64,000 nucleotides of DNA from Dehalococcoidia bacterium. GTDB lineage: Bacteria > Chloroflexota > Dehalococcoidia > Bin125. The position numbers and the translations under genes are program-made. Below, one piece after another: positions 45,260 to 55,523 of this stretch. The DNA is taken from contig OY820591.1 in the NCBI GenBank assembly GCA_963555985.3, positions 2,976,001 through 3,040,000 on the forward strand, in the 5' to 3' direction. Below the pieces are notes generated by a model. The model saw only the letters and a list, made by a program, of their open reading frames with translations. It ran no database searches and was not told the origin of the DNA. Within the stretch, counting starts at the first letter, position 1, and every line of letters starts with the position of its first letter.

Positions 45260-46321
45260 TTACGCCTCAGTGTTGATTTCGCTGATCAGGTGCATGAAGT
45301 GTTCGAGGTTGGCGATCCGGTCTCGGACCGTTTCGCCTTCGACGCCGGCTCGGAAGGTGTTGACGCCGGCGTCTCGGTAGACGCGCAGGCGCTGCTTGAT
45401 GTCCTCGTCGTTGCCGATCACGTTGATCTTGTAGGCGAGTTCGACGGGGACGCGCTCGCGGGCGAGATCGCGTTCGCCTGAGATCCAGAGGCGCTGGACC
45501 TCTTTGGCGGCGTCGGCCCAGCCCTGGCGGCAGAAGGCGTCGTTGTAGAAGTTGGTCTTGGCCGAACCCATCGCGCCGAGGGTGAACGCAATCCCACGCG
45601 CGTGGCGGGCGGCGTCGCGCTCGGGATCGTCGCTGAACACCACTCCTCCGCCTGCTTCGAGGTCGATCTCGTCGATGCTGCGGCCCGCACGCTCGGCGCC
45701 GATACGGATGTCTTCGAAAAAGACATTGGCGGTTTCGGGGATGAAGGAGGAGGCGAGCCAGCCGTCGGCGACTTCGCCGCACATTTGCAGGCTGCGCGGT
45801 CCGAGCGAGGCCATGTAGATCGGCGGCGGCTCGACCGGGGGCGAACCGGAGCGGATCGCCTTGCCCTCGCCGCCGGGCAGGGGCAAGGTGTAGTGCCAGC
45901 CGTCGTAGACGACGCGCTCGCCGTTGCAGACCATGCGCACGATCTCGGCGGTCTCCTTCAGCCGCGAGGTGGCGCGGGCGAAGGGCACGCCGTGCCAGCC
46001 TTCGACGACCTGCGGCCCCGAGGTACCGAGACCGAGCATGAAACGGCCGCCCGACATCGATTGCAGGCTCATCGCGGTCATGCCGATCAGGGCCGGCGTG
46101 CGGGTGCCGCCCTGGATGATGCCGGTACCGAGCTTGATCGTCTCGGTCTTGCCGGCCAGGTAGGCGAGCGGCGTGATCCCGTCGTAGCCCCAGGCTTCGG
46201 CGGACCAGATCGAGTAGACGCCCAGCTTCTCCGCTTCTTGGGCGTAAAGCGCGGCGGAATCCCAGTCGTCGATGCGGTCGCGGTGGAGGCCGATGGCGAC
46301 CCGCATTGGTTGTCTGCTCAT
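45260..46321 (-). CDS. LLM-class F420-dependent oxidoreductase
   Basis: WSAEAWG, LGTSGPQVVEGWHG, GEVADGW. Confidence 0.9.
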   Translation of the reverse strand: MSRQPMRVAIGLHRDRIDDWDSAALYAQEAEKLGVYSIWSAEAWGYDGITPLAYLAGKTETIKLGTGIIQGGTRTPALIGMTAMSLQSMSGGRFMLGLGTSGPQVVEGWHGVPFARATSRLKETAEIVRMVCNGERVVYDGWHYTLPLPGGEGKAIRSGSPPVEPPPIYMASLGPRSLQMCGEVADGWLASSFIPETANVFFEDIRIGAERAGRSIDEIDLEAGGGVVFSDDPERDAARHARGIAFTLGAMGSAKTNFYNDAFCRQGWADAAKEVQRLWISGERDLARERVPVELAYKINVIGNDEDIKQRLRVYRDAGVNTFRAGVEGETVRDRIANLEHFMHLISEINTEA

Positions 46322-46866
46322 GCGGGGTAGCCCTCGGTTTCCTTGATCGCGTTGACCTGGTTGACGTGGTCGAGGTCGTGGACGCGCTGGAACATGAACC
46401 AGGCGCGTGAGTGGAGCGGACCGAAGAAGGGATGGGCGGGGCGGGGTTCGAAGGCGGGCGGCTCAGGCAGGCCGTCGATCACGTTGCTGAACTGGCGTGA
46501 ATCGTCGAGCAAGGCGTCGACCAGCTCGGGCCAGGAGAGTTCGGCGGCGCGCTGCGCGGGATCGATCGCGCCGATGCCTTGCGGCCCGAGATTGGGTTCG
46601 CGCCCGTAGGCGAGGTTGGCGATCATGTCGGCGTTGCGGCGGGAGCCATCGAGCACGTGCTGGGCGACTTCCTCGACGCTCCAATCGTCGGGACCGGGTT
46701 TCCAGGCGGCCTGCTCGGTCGTGACGCGATTGAGCGTGTTGAGGAACTCGATGCGAGCATCGACGACGCGGGGCCAGAGATCGATCCAGCGGTACTTCTC
46801 GCCCTGCGACAACAGATAGCTGGAGACGCGCTGGCGTTCGTTGTCTTCGACTGGTCGTTGTGGCAT
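46318..46866 (-). CDS. DinB family protein
   Basis: WSVEEVAQH, HPFFG, HDLDHVNQ. Confidence 0.85.
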   Translation of the reverse strand: MPQRPVEDNERQRVSSYLLSQGEKYRWIDLWPRVVDARIEFLNTLNRVTTEQAAWKPGPDDWSVEEVAQHVLDGSRRNADMIANLAYGREPNLGPQGIGAIDPAQRAAELSWPELVDALLDDSRQFSNVIDGLPEPPAFEPRPAHPFFGPLHSRAWFMFQRVHDLDHVNQVNAIKETEGYPA

Positions 46867-46889
46867 CAAACCCCTCCTGAAAGGTGCTC

Positions 46890-47004
46890 GTCATACCCGC
46901 ACCAGGCGCGGGTATCTCGCCGTATTCGAGACGTCCATGCTCCGTTCAGCGAGATTGCCCCCCGATCATGTCGGGGGCAGGCTACGCCAAGTTCGGCAAT
47001 GACG
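46890..47004. repeat. REP family 1 inverted doublet
   Basis: GTCATACCCGC..GCGGGTATCTC and GAGATTGCC..GGCAATGAC. Confidence 0.75.
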
Positions 47005-47012
47005 ACGCTGGA

Positions 47013-47834
47013 TTACCGCCCTTGGAAGTTTGGCTCCCGCTTTTCCATGAAGGAGCGGACGCCTTCCTTGAAGTCGTCGGAGCGGAAGAGGGGCAGGAGC
47101 TGGAGGTAGATGTGGTCGACCGCGGCCTCGAACGGCTCGTCCATACCGAGCCGCATCATGCGCTTGGTCGCCTGGATCGAGAGCGGCGCGTTGGCGGCGA
47201 TCTCGTCGGCCAGTTCGAGGGTGCGAGCCATCAGTTCGTCGTGCGGGACGACCTCGTTGACCAGGCCCACATCCAGCGATTCCTGAGCATCAAGCACGCG
47301 GCCGCGGAAGGCGACCTCGGCCGCTCGCGCCCAGCCCAGCAGTCGCGGCAGGATCCAGGTGCCGCCCGATTCGGGCAGGACGCCGCGCTTGGCGAAGACG
47401 GCGCCCATCTTGGCCTGGTCGGAGGCGATGCGGATGTCGGCGAGCAGGGCCATGTCCATGCCGTAGCCGGCAGCCGCGCCGTTGAGCGCGCAGATCACCG
47501 GCTTGTCCATCTTCTGAAGCACGACCGGCGGGGCGTCGCGCAGGTCGAAGAGCGAGTAGCCGGGCGCGCCGATGTTGCTTTCGCCGGTTCCCTGGAGGCG
47601 CTGCTGCTGGTCGACCAGGTCGAGGCCGGCGCAGAAGCCGCGGCCGGCGCCGGTCAGGACGATCACGCGGATGTCCGGCTCGCGCTGGCAGGCGATCAGC
47701 TGGGCCGAGAGCGCCTCAAGCATTTCGCTAGTGATCGCATTCAGGCGCTCCGGGCGGTTGAGCGTGATGATCGCGACGTGTCCGCGCTGTTCGAAGAGCA
47801 GGGTGTCGGTGGCGGGCGCGGTCAGAGTAGTCAT
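47013..47834 (-). CDS. Enoyl-CoA hydratase/isomerase
   Basis: LNRPERLNAI, FCAGLDL, KPVICALNG. Confidence 0.93.
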   Translation of the reverse strand: MTTLTAPATDTLLFEQRGHVAIITLNRPERLNAITSEMLEALSAQLIACQREPDIRVIVLTGAGRGFCAGLDLVDQQQRLQGTGESNIGAPGYSLFDLRDAPPVVLQKMDKPVICALNGAAAGYGMDMALLADIRIASDQAKMGAVFAKRGVLPESGGTWILPRLLGWARAAEVAFRGRVLDAQESLDVGLVNEVVPHDELMARTLELADEIAANAPLSIQATKRMMRLGMDEPFEAAVDHIYLQLLPLFRSDDFKEGVRSFMEKREPNFQGR

Positions 47835-47935
47835 GGTGCCTCCAGTTGGTTGGTATCTCCCTGAGTGTACCTGCGGCTTACGTTTCTGTTCCCCGCGTCC
47901 GCGGGGGATGGGAGGGAGGTGGGTTCAGCGGCCTG

Positions 47936-50380
47936 TTAGGTGGCGGCTTGGGCGAGTTCGGCGATTGGCGCGTCCTCCCCGCTGGCGGTGAACCGGAATT
48001 CGCCGTCGGCGTAGTTGACGGTGATCGTTGCTCCGGCGGGGATGTTGTCTCCGATCAGGAGCTTGCTCAGCGGGTTTTCGATCTTGCGCTGGATCAACCT
48101 GCGCAACGGTCTGGCGCCGAAGGCGGGATCGTAGCCCTCGCTGGCGAGTTGGCGGCGGGCGGCGTCGCTGAACTCGATGCTGTGGCCCAGCTCTGAGAGT
48201 CGCGCTTGTTCCTCATAGGCGATCAGGTCGACGATTTGCAGGAGTTCGTTCTCGCTGAGCGGATCGAAGACGACAATCTCGTCCACCCGGTTGAGGAATT
48301 CGGGGCGGAAGAAGTCGCGCAGAGCTCGGGCGGAGGTCTGAGCTTTCTCGTCGTGTGAACCGTTGAAGCCGAGGCTGCCCGTGGGGCGTGAGGTCGTGCC
48401 GAGGTTGCTGGTCATGATCACGACCGTGTTGCGGAAGTCGACCGTGCGGCCCTGACCGTCGGTGATCCGTCCATCGTCGAGCACTTGCAGGAGCAGGTTG
48501 AAGACGTCGGGGTGAGCTTTCTCGATCTCGTCCAGCAGCACGACGCGGAAGGGTCGGCGGCGCACGAGCTCGGTCAGGCCGCCGCCGTCGTCATAGCCGA
48601 CATAGCCCGGAGGCGCGCCGACGATCCGGCTGACCGTGTGGCGCTCCTGGTATTCGGACATGTCGAGTCGGACGAGCGCATCTTCGGAGTCGAAGAGGTA
48701 CTCAGCCAGCGCCTTGGCCAGTTCAGTTTTGCCGACGCCGGTCGGTCCGACGAAGATGAAGGAGCCGATCGGCCGGGTGGGATCTTTGAGTCCGGCGCGG
48801 GCGCGGCGGATCGCGTCGGAGACGACGGTGACCGCATCGGACTGTCCGATCACGCGGCTGTGCAGCTCTTCCTCGATTCGGAGCAGGCGGGCGTCGTCGT
48901 CGTCCAGCATCCGTGAGACGGGGATACCGGTGATCTCACCGACCAGTTGGGCGATGTCGTGTTCGGTGACGGTGTCGCGCTGGGGGCGTTCGGCGTTCCA
49001 GTCGTCGCGGTTGGCGCGGTACTGCTGTTGGATTTGCAGCAGCTCCTGCTTGATTCGGGCGGCCGCTTCGTAGTCCTCGCGCTGGGCGGCGGCTTCCTGC
49101 TCGTCCTTGAGCGCATCCACGCGGCGCTGTAACTCCACCACCTGCGACGGCAGCGACTGATTGTCGATCACCAGGCGTGAGGCGGCCTCGTCGATCAGAT
49201 CGATCGCTTTGTCCGGCAGCCGCCGCTCGGTGATGTAGCGGTGACTGAGGCGAGCGGCGGCGTCGAGCGCGTCGTCGCCGATGTGGAGTTGGTGGTGCGC
49301 CTCGTAGCGCGGCCGAACCGCGCGCAAGATCTGGTCGGTGTCTTCGAGCGAGGGTTCGTCGAGGTAGACCGGGGCGAAACGGCGTTCGAGCGCGGCGTCC
49401 TTCTCGATCTGCTTGCGGTATTCGTCGAGCGTGGTCGCGCCGACGACGCGGAGTTCGCCGCGCGCGAGCGGCGGTTTGAGCATGTTGGCGGCGTCGATCG
49501 CGCCTTCGGCGGCGCCCGCGCCGACGAGCGTGTGCAGTTCGTCGATGAACAGCATCACGTCGCCATCCGACTCGCGCACCTCGTCGATCACCGACTTCAG
49601 CCGCTCCTCGAATTCGCCGCGAAACTTCGCGCCCGCCAGCAGCAGACCGAGATCGAGCGCCATCAGGCGCTTGCCGCGCAGGTTGTCGGGCACATCGTCG
49701 TCGGCGATGCGCTGGGCCAGACCCTCGGCGACGGCGGTCTTGCCGACGCCGGCTTCGCCGATGATCACCGGGTTGTTCTTGGTGCGGCGGTTGAGAATCT
49801 GGAGCACGCGCCGGATTTCGAGATCGCGGCCGACGACCGGATCGAGCTTGCCTTCATCGGCCAGGCGGGTGATGTCGGTCGCGTAGCGTGCGAGCGCGTT
49901 GTAGTTGTCCTCCGCGTTGGGCTGATCGACGCGGCGGCTGCCGCGGATCTGTTGCAGGGCGGTGTAGAGGCGCTCGGTCGTGATCTGGTGGGCGCGCAGG
50001 ATCTGGGCGGCGTCGCCGCTGTCTTCGGCGGCCATTGCCAGCAACAGATGCTCAACGCCGACATACTCGTCGTTGAGCCGTTGTGCTTCGAGGTTGGCGC
50101 GCTCCATCAACTGCACGATCCGAGGGGTGACGGTGAGTTGGACCACGTCGTAGCCGAGCCGGGGGCGTTGGTCGAGGGCGCGCTCGGCGTCGGCGCGGAA
50201 GCGGGGGCGGTCGACCTCGAGTGCGTTGAGTAGGTCATGAGCGAGTCCGTCTTCGACGCCGGCGAGTCCGGCGAGCAGGTGCTCGCTGTCCCACTGGGCG
50301 TGGCGCTTCTGGCGCACGAGTTGCTGGCTCGCTTCGAGCAGTTGCTGGGCCTGTTGGGTGAAACGGTCTCGTCGCATCAT
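47936..50380 (-). CDS. Clp AAA+ ATPase (ClpC-like short UVR-type middle domain; ClpB/ClpC family)
   Basis: Clp-N repeats, [35 protein letters not shown]. Confidence 0.93.
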   Translation of the reverse strand: MMRRDRFTQQAQQLLEASQQLVRQKRHAQWDSEHLLAGLAGVEDGLAHDLLNALEVDRPRFRADAERALDQRPRLGYDVVQLTVTPRIVQLMERANLEAQRLNDEYVGVEHLLLAMAAEDSGDAAQILRAHQITTERLYTALQQIRGSRRVDQPNAEDNYNALARYATDITRLADEGKLDPVVGRDLEIRRVLQILNRRTKNNPVIIGEAGVGKTAVAEGLAQRIADDDVPDNLRGKRLMALDLGLLLAGAKFRGEFEERLKSVIDEVRESDGDVMLFIDELHTLVGAGAAEGAIDAANMLKPPLARGELRVVGATTLDEYRKQIEKDAALERRFAPVYLDEPSLEDTDQILRAVRPRYEAHHQLHIGDDALDAAARLSHRYITERRLPDKAIDLIDEAASRLVIDNQSLPSQVVELQRRVDALKDEQEAAAQREDYEAAARIKQELLQIQQQYRANRDDWNAERPQRDTVTEHDIAQLVGEITGIPVSRMLDDDDARLLRIEEELHSRVIGQSDAVTVVSDAIRRARAGLKDPTRPIGSFIFVGPTGVGKTELAKALAEYLFDSEDALVRLDMSEYQERHTVSRIVGAPPGYVGYDDGGGLTELVRRRPFRVVLLDEIEKAHPDVFNLLLQVLDDGRITDGQGRTVDFRNTVVIMTSNLGTTSRPTGSLGFNGSHDEKAQTSARALRDFFRPEFLNRVDEIVVFDPLSENELLQIVDLIAYEEQARLSELGHSIEFSDAARRQLASEGYDPAFGARPLRRLIQRKIENPLSKLLIGDNIPAGATITVNYADGEFRFTASGEDAPIAELAQAAT

Positions 50381-50425
50381 GGTGAGGCTCCGATCTGGCG
50401 TGGGTTTGGCGGGGTGAGCGAGCGT

Positions 50426-50752
50426 CTAGGGACGCTGGCGGAGGCGGCGCGGGAGGATCGGCGGACGCTGGGCCAGTTCCTCTCGCAGTTGCTCGTTCTC
50501 GGCTCTGAGGGCGCGGATCTCCTCGCGTTGGCGGAGGATGATGTCAGCCCCGGGCAGATTGACGCCAAGGTCTTCGATCAGGCGGCGGATCTCACACAGG
50601 CGGTCGATGTCGGCCTGGGAGTAGAGGCGCTGACGCCCAGGCGAGCGGGCGGGGAAGACGAGTCCCTCGCGCTCGTAGGCGCGGAGCGTCTGTTGATGCA
50701 CGCCGACGAGTTGGGCGGCGATCCGGATCGTGAAGATGGGCTGATCGCTCAT
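50426..50752 (-). CDS. hspR: HspR-like MerR-family repressor
   Basis: AAQLVGVHQQTLRAYEREGL, LGVNLPG; lies between dnaJ and clp. Confidence 0.85.
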   Translation of the reverse strand: MSDQPIFTIRIAAQLVGVHQQTLRAYEREGLVFPARSPGRQRLYSQADIDRLCEIRRLIEDLGVNLPGADIILRQREEIRALRAENEQLREELAQRPPILPRRLRQRP

Positions 50753-51714
50753 GCGGAGGCTCCGTCCTCGAGTTGTTGGAGTTGGCGGAAGAGGTCGCGC
50801 TGGGCGTCGCTGAGTTTGTTCGGCAGCCGGAGTTGGACGGTGGCGAGCAGATCGCCGCGTCCCGATTGCTTGAAGCGGGGCATTCCCTGTCCGCTGAGGC
50901 GGAAGACGCGCCCCGACTGGGTACCGGCGGGGATGCGCAGCGCGAGCTGGCCGGTGAGCGTGGCGATCGTGGTCTCGCCGCCCAGCGCGGCGGTAGTCAC
51001 GGGCACCGGGACGTCGACCAGGAGATCGTCGCCGCGGCGCTCGAAGCGGGTGTCGTCGGAGACGTTGATCAGCAGATAGAGATCGCCGGGTGGACCGGCG
51101 GGCGACGGATCGCCTTGACCGCTGATTTTGATTCGGGAGCCGTTGTCCACGCCTGAGGGGATCGTGACCTCGATCCGCTTGCGGTTGTGTGGGGTCTGGA
51201 TCATGCGGGTGGCGCCGTCAAAGGCTTCGCGCAGGCTGACGGTGACGGGATGCTCGCGGTCGCGTCCGCGCGCCGGTGCTGCGGTTCGTCCGCCGAAGAG
51301 GTCGCCGAAGATGCCGCCGAGGTCGCCGAGGTCGCCGCTGTCGAAACTGAACTGGGTTGGTCCGCCGCCGAATCCGGACGGATCAAACCCACCCTGCGCG
51401 AACTGCTCGAAGATGCGCGGATCGACGTTGCCGCTAAAGCCGCCGAATCCGCCCGCGCCCCGCTGCCGCTGCAATTCCTCAAGCTGCTCGGCGTGTTCCC
51501 ACTGCTCGCCCCACTTATCGTAGGCGGCGCGTTTGTCGGTGTTGCCGAGTACGTCGTGGGCGGCGTTGATCGCTTTGAAGCGCTCCTCGGCGTGCTTGTC
51601 GCCGCCGGTCACGTCGGGGTGGTACTGTCGCGCCAGGCGGCGGTAGGCGGCGGTGATGTCGCGTTCGGAGGCGTCCGGGGAGACGCCGAGGGTCTGGTAG
51701 AAGTCGCTAGGCAT
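50749..51714 (-). CDS. DnaJ/CbpA-type co-chaperone (no zinc finger)
   Basis: J-domain with HPD, G/F region, C-terminal domain. Confidence 0.92.
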   Translation of the reverse strand: MPSDFYQTLGVSPDASERDITAAYRRLARQYHPDVTGGDKHAEERFKAINAAHDVLGNTDKRAAYDKWGEQWEHAEQLEELQRQRGAGGFGGFSGNVDPRIFEQFAQGGFDPSGFGGGPTQFSFDSGDLGDLGGIFGDLFGGRTAAPARGRDREHPVTVSLREAFDGATRMIQTPHNRKRIEVTIPSGVDNGSRIKISGQGDPSPAGPPGDLYLLINVSDDTRFERRGDDLLVDVPVPVTTAALGGETTIATLTGQLALRIPAGTQSGRVFRLSGQGMPRFKQSGRGDLLATVQLRLPNKLSDAQRDLFRQLQQLEDGASA

Positions 51715-51727
51715 GACGTGCATCCTC

Positions 51728-51802
51728 TTTGAGTGGAAGCATATCAGGTTCTCGCGTTGGCATATCTGGAATTCGGAAATAGTTGATTAGATAACACTAA
51801 AG
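51728..51802. promoter_or_regulatory. Two HAIR-like HspR operators
   Basis: TTTGAGT-N7-TATCAGG (51728) and GTTGATT-N7-ACTAAAG (51782) versus CTTGAGT-N7-ACTCAAG. Confidence 0.6.
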
Positions 51803-51806
51803 TTTA

Positions 51807-51835
51807 TTGACGTTGTTTACTCCGCTGCGTACTGT
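51807..51835 (+). promoter_or_regulatory. sigma70 promoter of hsp20
   Basis: TTGACG-17-TACTGT. Confidence 0.7.
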
Positions 51836-51886
51836 GGCCGCAGAGCCGCCGAACCGAATCTCCGGCGGAAGAAAGGACACCCCAAC

Positions 51887-52315
51887 ATGACTCATCTCGC
51901 CGTTCGAGACCCCTTCGCTGCGTTCAGCCCCTTCGCCCGGCGCGCGTTTCCTCGCACCGGCGGCGGCCGCAGTTGGATGCCGGTCAACATCTACGAGACC
52001 GAGGGCGGCGTCGCGATCGATGCCACGCTGCCCGGCTTCGAGCGCGACGACATCGCGGTCACCCACGAGGACGGCCGCCTCACGATCCGCGCCGCGCACG
52101 ATGTGGAATCGTGCGAAGACGAGCGCCACGATCACCAGGACCGCCGCTACCGTCACCGTGAGGTCTACCGACGCCAGCTGGAGCGCAGCTTCGACATCGG
52201 CGACCGCTATGAGGCCGGCACGATTCAGGCCGAGCTGCGCAACGGCGTCCTGCACCTCGAGCTCAAGCGCTCAGGCGAGGCCGAACCGAAGCAGATCGAG
52301 ATCAACGTCAACTGA
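51887..52315 (+). CDS. Hsp20/alpha-crystallin small heat shock protein
   Basis: PVNIYET, LPG, ERSF, AELRNGVL. Confidence 0.92.
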   Translation: MTHLAVRDPFAAFSPFARRAFPRTGGGRSWMPVNIYETEGGVAIDATLPGFERDDIAVTHEDGRLTIRAAHDVESCEDERHDHQDRRYRHREVYRRQLERSFDIGDRYEAGTIQAELRNGVLHLELKRSGEAEPKQIEINVN

Positions 52316-52337
52316 GGTCTCGGCGATCCGAGCACAG

Positions 52338-52372
52338 CGGCGAAGCCCCCGCGAGGGGGTTTCGCCGTGTTT
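52338..52372 (+). terminator. Intrinsic terminator after hsp20
   Basis: CGGCGAAGCCCCC-GCGA-GGGGGTTTCGCCG-TGTTT. Confidence 0.8.
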
Positions 52373-52422
52373 GGCGTTGGTTCCAGCTTGACTCTGAGCG
52401 CCGGCGGCTCCAGTCTGAGGCC

Positions 52423-52974
52423 ATGCCGTCCCGAATGCTCGCCTTGGTGCCGGATGAGCAGGCGCGCGCCCAGATCGATCTGGTGCGCGCGCTCTACGAC
52501 CGCGAGCGGGTGGACGGCACCCCGCCGCATGTGCCCTTGACCAACGGTCTGGACTCCCACTACCCGCTGGATGATTTGCAGCAGATGCTGGAGATCATCC
52601 TGGGCGTCTTTCGGCCCTTCATGCTGGAACTCGGCGAGGCAGTCGCCTGGTACGACGATGGGGAGCATCTGCTGCAAGTAGTAGCGCTGCAAGGGAGCGA
52701 GGACGCGCAGCGGATCGCGGGCGCGATCTACCGCGACCTGTTCCCCGAGCAGACGCCGCAGCCGCCGTTCCGGTCGCGCTCACCCCTGGAGCGGACGACG
52801 CTCACGCTGGGGCGGTTCGGGCGCGAACGCGAGGCGGCCGACGCGGTTACGGCGCTAGCTGCGCAGCGCTACTTCCTGGTCGTGACGCACGCGGGGATCT
52901 TCGACGAAGAGGAAGGCGGCGGCTGGCGTCTCCGGCGCGCCCTGCCGCTCGGCGGGATGGTGGCCGACGTCTAG
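52423..52974 (+). CDS. 2'-5' RNA ligase-like (2H phosphoesterase fold), degenerate motifs
   Basis: PPHVPL, PFMLEL, TTLTLGR. Confidence 0.6.
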   Translation: MPSRMLALVPDEQARAQIDLVRALYDRERVDGTPPHVPLTNGLDSHYPLDDLQQMLEIILGVFRPFMLELGEAVAWYDDGEHLLQVVALQGSEDAQRIAGAIYRDLFPEQTPQPPFRSRSPLERTTLTLGRFGREREAADAVTALAAQRYFLVVTHAGIFDEEEGGGWRLRRALPLGGMVADV

Positions 52975-53061
52975 CGGCCTGCCGGAAGTGGCAACGTATC
53001 CACTCGCATCCTCTCCCCCGCATCGCGGCACCTGTCCCCGCGTAGGGAGAGCTTTGCCTAA

Positions 53062-53175
53062 GTCATACCCGCGCTTGCCGTGGAGCCTGTCCCCGTCCTG
53101 TGGGATATCTCGCTGTGATCTGCACCGTCGTCGCGCACACGGCGAGATTGCCGCGGCGGAGCGCGGCAATGACGG
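53062..53175. repeat. REP family 1 inverted doublet
   Basis: GTCATACCCGCGCTTG.. (also at 4555) and GAGATTGCCGCG..CGCGGCAATGACGG. Confidence 0.75.
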
Positions 53176-53370
53176 AAACATCGACTCGCGCAAAGCTCTC
53201 CGCAAGCAGGGGCAACAGAGGAGGTCCGGCCACCCCCAACCCAACTGTGACCCCCGCAACATCTCGCCCACAATCCAGATCCGCCACAGAACGCCCGTCC
53301 GTATACGATCAACCCCGCTCACCCCCGCGACCGCAACCGACGGAACCCCCCATGACCGCCAACACCGAAT

Positions 53371-53530
53371 CTAGACAGACCTGGACAAACCTGTACGCAC
53401 GCCCCAATTCCGCTCCAATCAGCCCCAAATCCAGCCGAATCGGGACTTTTCTGGACAAATCCGGACTACCTGACGCCCAATTCCCCGCCTACGACCGCAT
53501 ATTCACCTCTCCCGCCCAAAAAAATCTTCC
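53371..53530 (+). repeat. Phased 10-bp repeat module (CTGGAC-like) with A-tract tail
   Basis: Units at 53371, 53381, 53391, 53441, 53451, 53461. Confidence 0.7.
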
Positions 53531-53674
53531 ACCCGCCCTGAGGATGTTGCAACGGTCTCCGGGCCGGGACGGAGATTGGCGGCTTCTGCACTCAGCACGG
53601 GCGATGTCAGGTACCCTCAGAGCAGTCGCGGCGTTCGGGTCTGCCGCGTGTTCGCGATCGCGTGGGGGTGTGTC

Positions 53675-54376
53675 ATGCCGGTCGTTACCGTATCGAGTCA
53701 GTACGGCGGAGGCGCGCGCGATGTCGCGCGCCGCCTGAGTCGGCAGATGGGCTTGGAGTACATCGACCAAACCGTGCTGGTCGATGCCTCGCGGCAGTTG
53801 GGCCGGACCGTGACGGAGGTGGCCGAGAAGGACGAGCGCACCGATTCGCTGCGCGCCCGCTTGGGCCACTTTTTGCAGCGGGCGCTGGAACGCTCGGCCG
53901 CCGGCGGCGCCATCGATCCGATGCTCGGCTCGGGCAACCTTGAGCTGATGCTCTCGCAGAGCTACCAGGAGCTCTCCGACGGCGGCTCCGGAGTGGTGGA
54001 CGACCGCGCGATCCTGGCGACGACCAGCCAGATCATCGAGTCGATTGCGCAGCGCGGGGATGTCGTGATTATCGGCCGGGGCAGTCAGATGATCCTGCGC
54101 GGCGATCCGAGCGCGACGCATGTCCAGCTGGTGGCGGAACCCGCTCTGGCGTTGGCGCGAGTACAGGAGTGGGAAGGCGTCGATGCCGAGACAGCGGCGC
54201 GCCGGATCGAGGAATTCAACAAGGGCCGGGCCGAATTCCACAAGAAATTCTGGCAAGTCGATGTCTGGTCGCCCGTCTTGTACGACCTCGTGATCAACAC
54301 GACCCACGTGAGCTACGCGCAGGCGGTGGAGTTGATCGCGGAAGTGGCGGAGATGAAAGCGGGCGCGAGGGTCTAG
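53675..54376 (+). CDS. Cytidylate kinase-like family protein
   Basis: VVTVSSQYGGGA, VVIIGRGSQ, YDLVINT. Confidence 0.88.
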   Translation: MPVVTVSSQYGGGARDVARRLSRQMGLEYIDQTVLVDASRQLGRTVTEVAEKDERTDSLRARLGHFLQRALERSAAGGAIDPMLGSGNLELMLSQSYQELSDGGSGVVDDRAILATTSQIIESIAQRGDVVIIGRGSQMILRGDPSATHVQLVAEPALALARVQEWEGVDAETAARRIEEFNKGRAEFHKKFWQVDVWSPVLYDLVINTTHVSYAQAVELIAEVAEMKAGARV

Positions 54377-54660
54377 CGCCCGCCGCTGCGAGCCAGCGAG
54401 CGGAGCACGGCTTCAGCCGCCTCCAGACGCGGGGCCATCCCGAAGGGTCCGTGAATTTGCAGGCCCTCGGAATCGATCCGCTCGCGCGGGCCGATCGCTT
54501 CGCGGTATTGAGCCAGCGCAGGGTGATCTTCGCCGAGCAGATCGGTCAGCAATTCTTCGGCGGAGTCGCGCCAGCGCATGAAGTCGTCGGTAGTGGGACC
54601 GATCGCGCGGATGTAGCGGGCACGTTCGAGCAGGTCATTGATGAGCGTGTTGGCGTCCAT
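54373..54660 (-). CDS. Hypothetical protein
   Basis: Clean ORF; TACACT-N6-ATG leaderless-type start. Confidence 0.6.
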   Translation of the reverse strand: MDANTLINDLLERARYIRAIGPTTDDFMRWRDSAEELLTDLLGEDHPALAQYREAIGPRERIDSEGLQIHGPFGMAPRLEAAEAVLRSLARSGGR

Positions 54661-54690
54661 GGGCAAAGTGTAGCGGAGGGATTGGAGGTC

Positions 54691-54735
54691 TCCGTCATTG
54701 CCGCGCTCCGCCGCGGCAAGCGCGGGTATGACGGA
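54691..54735. repeat. REP family 1 fused doublet
   Basis: CCGTCATTGCCGCG..CGCGGGTATGACGG. Confidence 0.75.
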
Positions 54736-54773
54736 GTTGTAGGTGTGGGTATGGCAGTGGTCTACCGGATCTC

Positions 54774-55358
54774 CTAGGCCGGCCAGTGCTCGAGCGATGC
54801 CCCCGCACGGTCACGCCAATCGAGGCGCAGCCCAGCCGGATAAGCAACTGCTAGGGGTCGCGGCAGTCTGCATGTGAGCCGCGCGGGGACGGGGCCGTCC
54901 ATCAGGATCGCGGTTTCGTTGGGGTGCTCGTAGAAGTGGGGGCGTTCTCCCACGGCTCGGAAGCCGTGTCGTTGATAGAGGCGTTGCGCGGCGAGATTCG
55001 ATTGGCGCACTTCGAGCTCGATGGTGTCGATCTCGAGCCGTTGGGCGAGACGGAAGAGCGTTTGCAGGAGCAGCGCGCCCAAGCCTTGCCGTTGATGTTC
55101 TGGGTTGACGGCGAAGTTGGCGAGATGCAGCTGATTGGGCAGGCTCCAGCAGACGAAGTAGCCAAGCAGCCGCTCGGCATTGAGCGGAATCTCCCGATCG
55201 GCGCAGAGCAGGTAGAGGATGCTGATCCGCGACTCGATCAGCTCGGTCTCGAATGCGGCTTCGCTCCAGGCCGAGCGAGCGAAGATGCGGCGGTCAAGTG
55301 CGGCGACGACGGGGACGTCATCCAGGCTGAGATGACGAAGGGTGAGATTGGCGGTGAT
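54774..55358 (-). CDS. rimI: RimI-like GNAT acetyltransferase (no canonical start; ATC proposed)
   Basis: Frame reads ITANLTLRHLSLDDV..SAWS..LANFAVNPEHQRQGLG..LEVRQSN..LY..GF..R..FY. Confidence 0.8.
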   Translation of the reverse strand: MTANLTLRHLSLDDVPVVAALDRRIFARSAWSEAAFETELIESRISILYLLCADREIPLNAERLLGYFVCWSLPNQLHLANFAVNPEHQRQGLGALLLQTLFRLAQRLEIDTIELEVRQSNLAAQRLYQRHGFRAVGERPHFYEHPNETAILMDGPVPARLTCRLPRPLAVAYPAGLRLDWRDRAGASLEHWPA

Positions 55359-55523
55359 GGCGGCGTCTCTGTGCTGGTGAGGGCGGAAGATGGCTTGCGG
55401 GTGTGAGAGTTGCCTGCGAGATAGGGGCGGGTTGGGCAGACCTCTATAATGCCTGTGGACTATGAGCTTATTCGACCTGCGTTCCGCCGGAGCGTCTTTC
55501 CATCAACCGGCTGGAGCGAGACC

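Noticed and set aside
53352-53738. Protein-coding gene at the 53.3-kb module
   Set aside because: No recognisable domain, weak RBS, runs into the next gene; not called as CDS
54902-55180. Frameshift in rimI
   Set aside because: Manual translation shows one continuous frame; the issue is the missing canonical start
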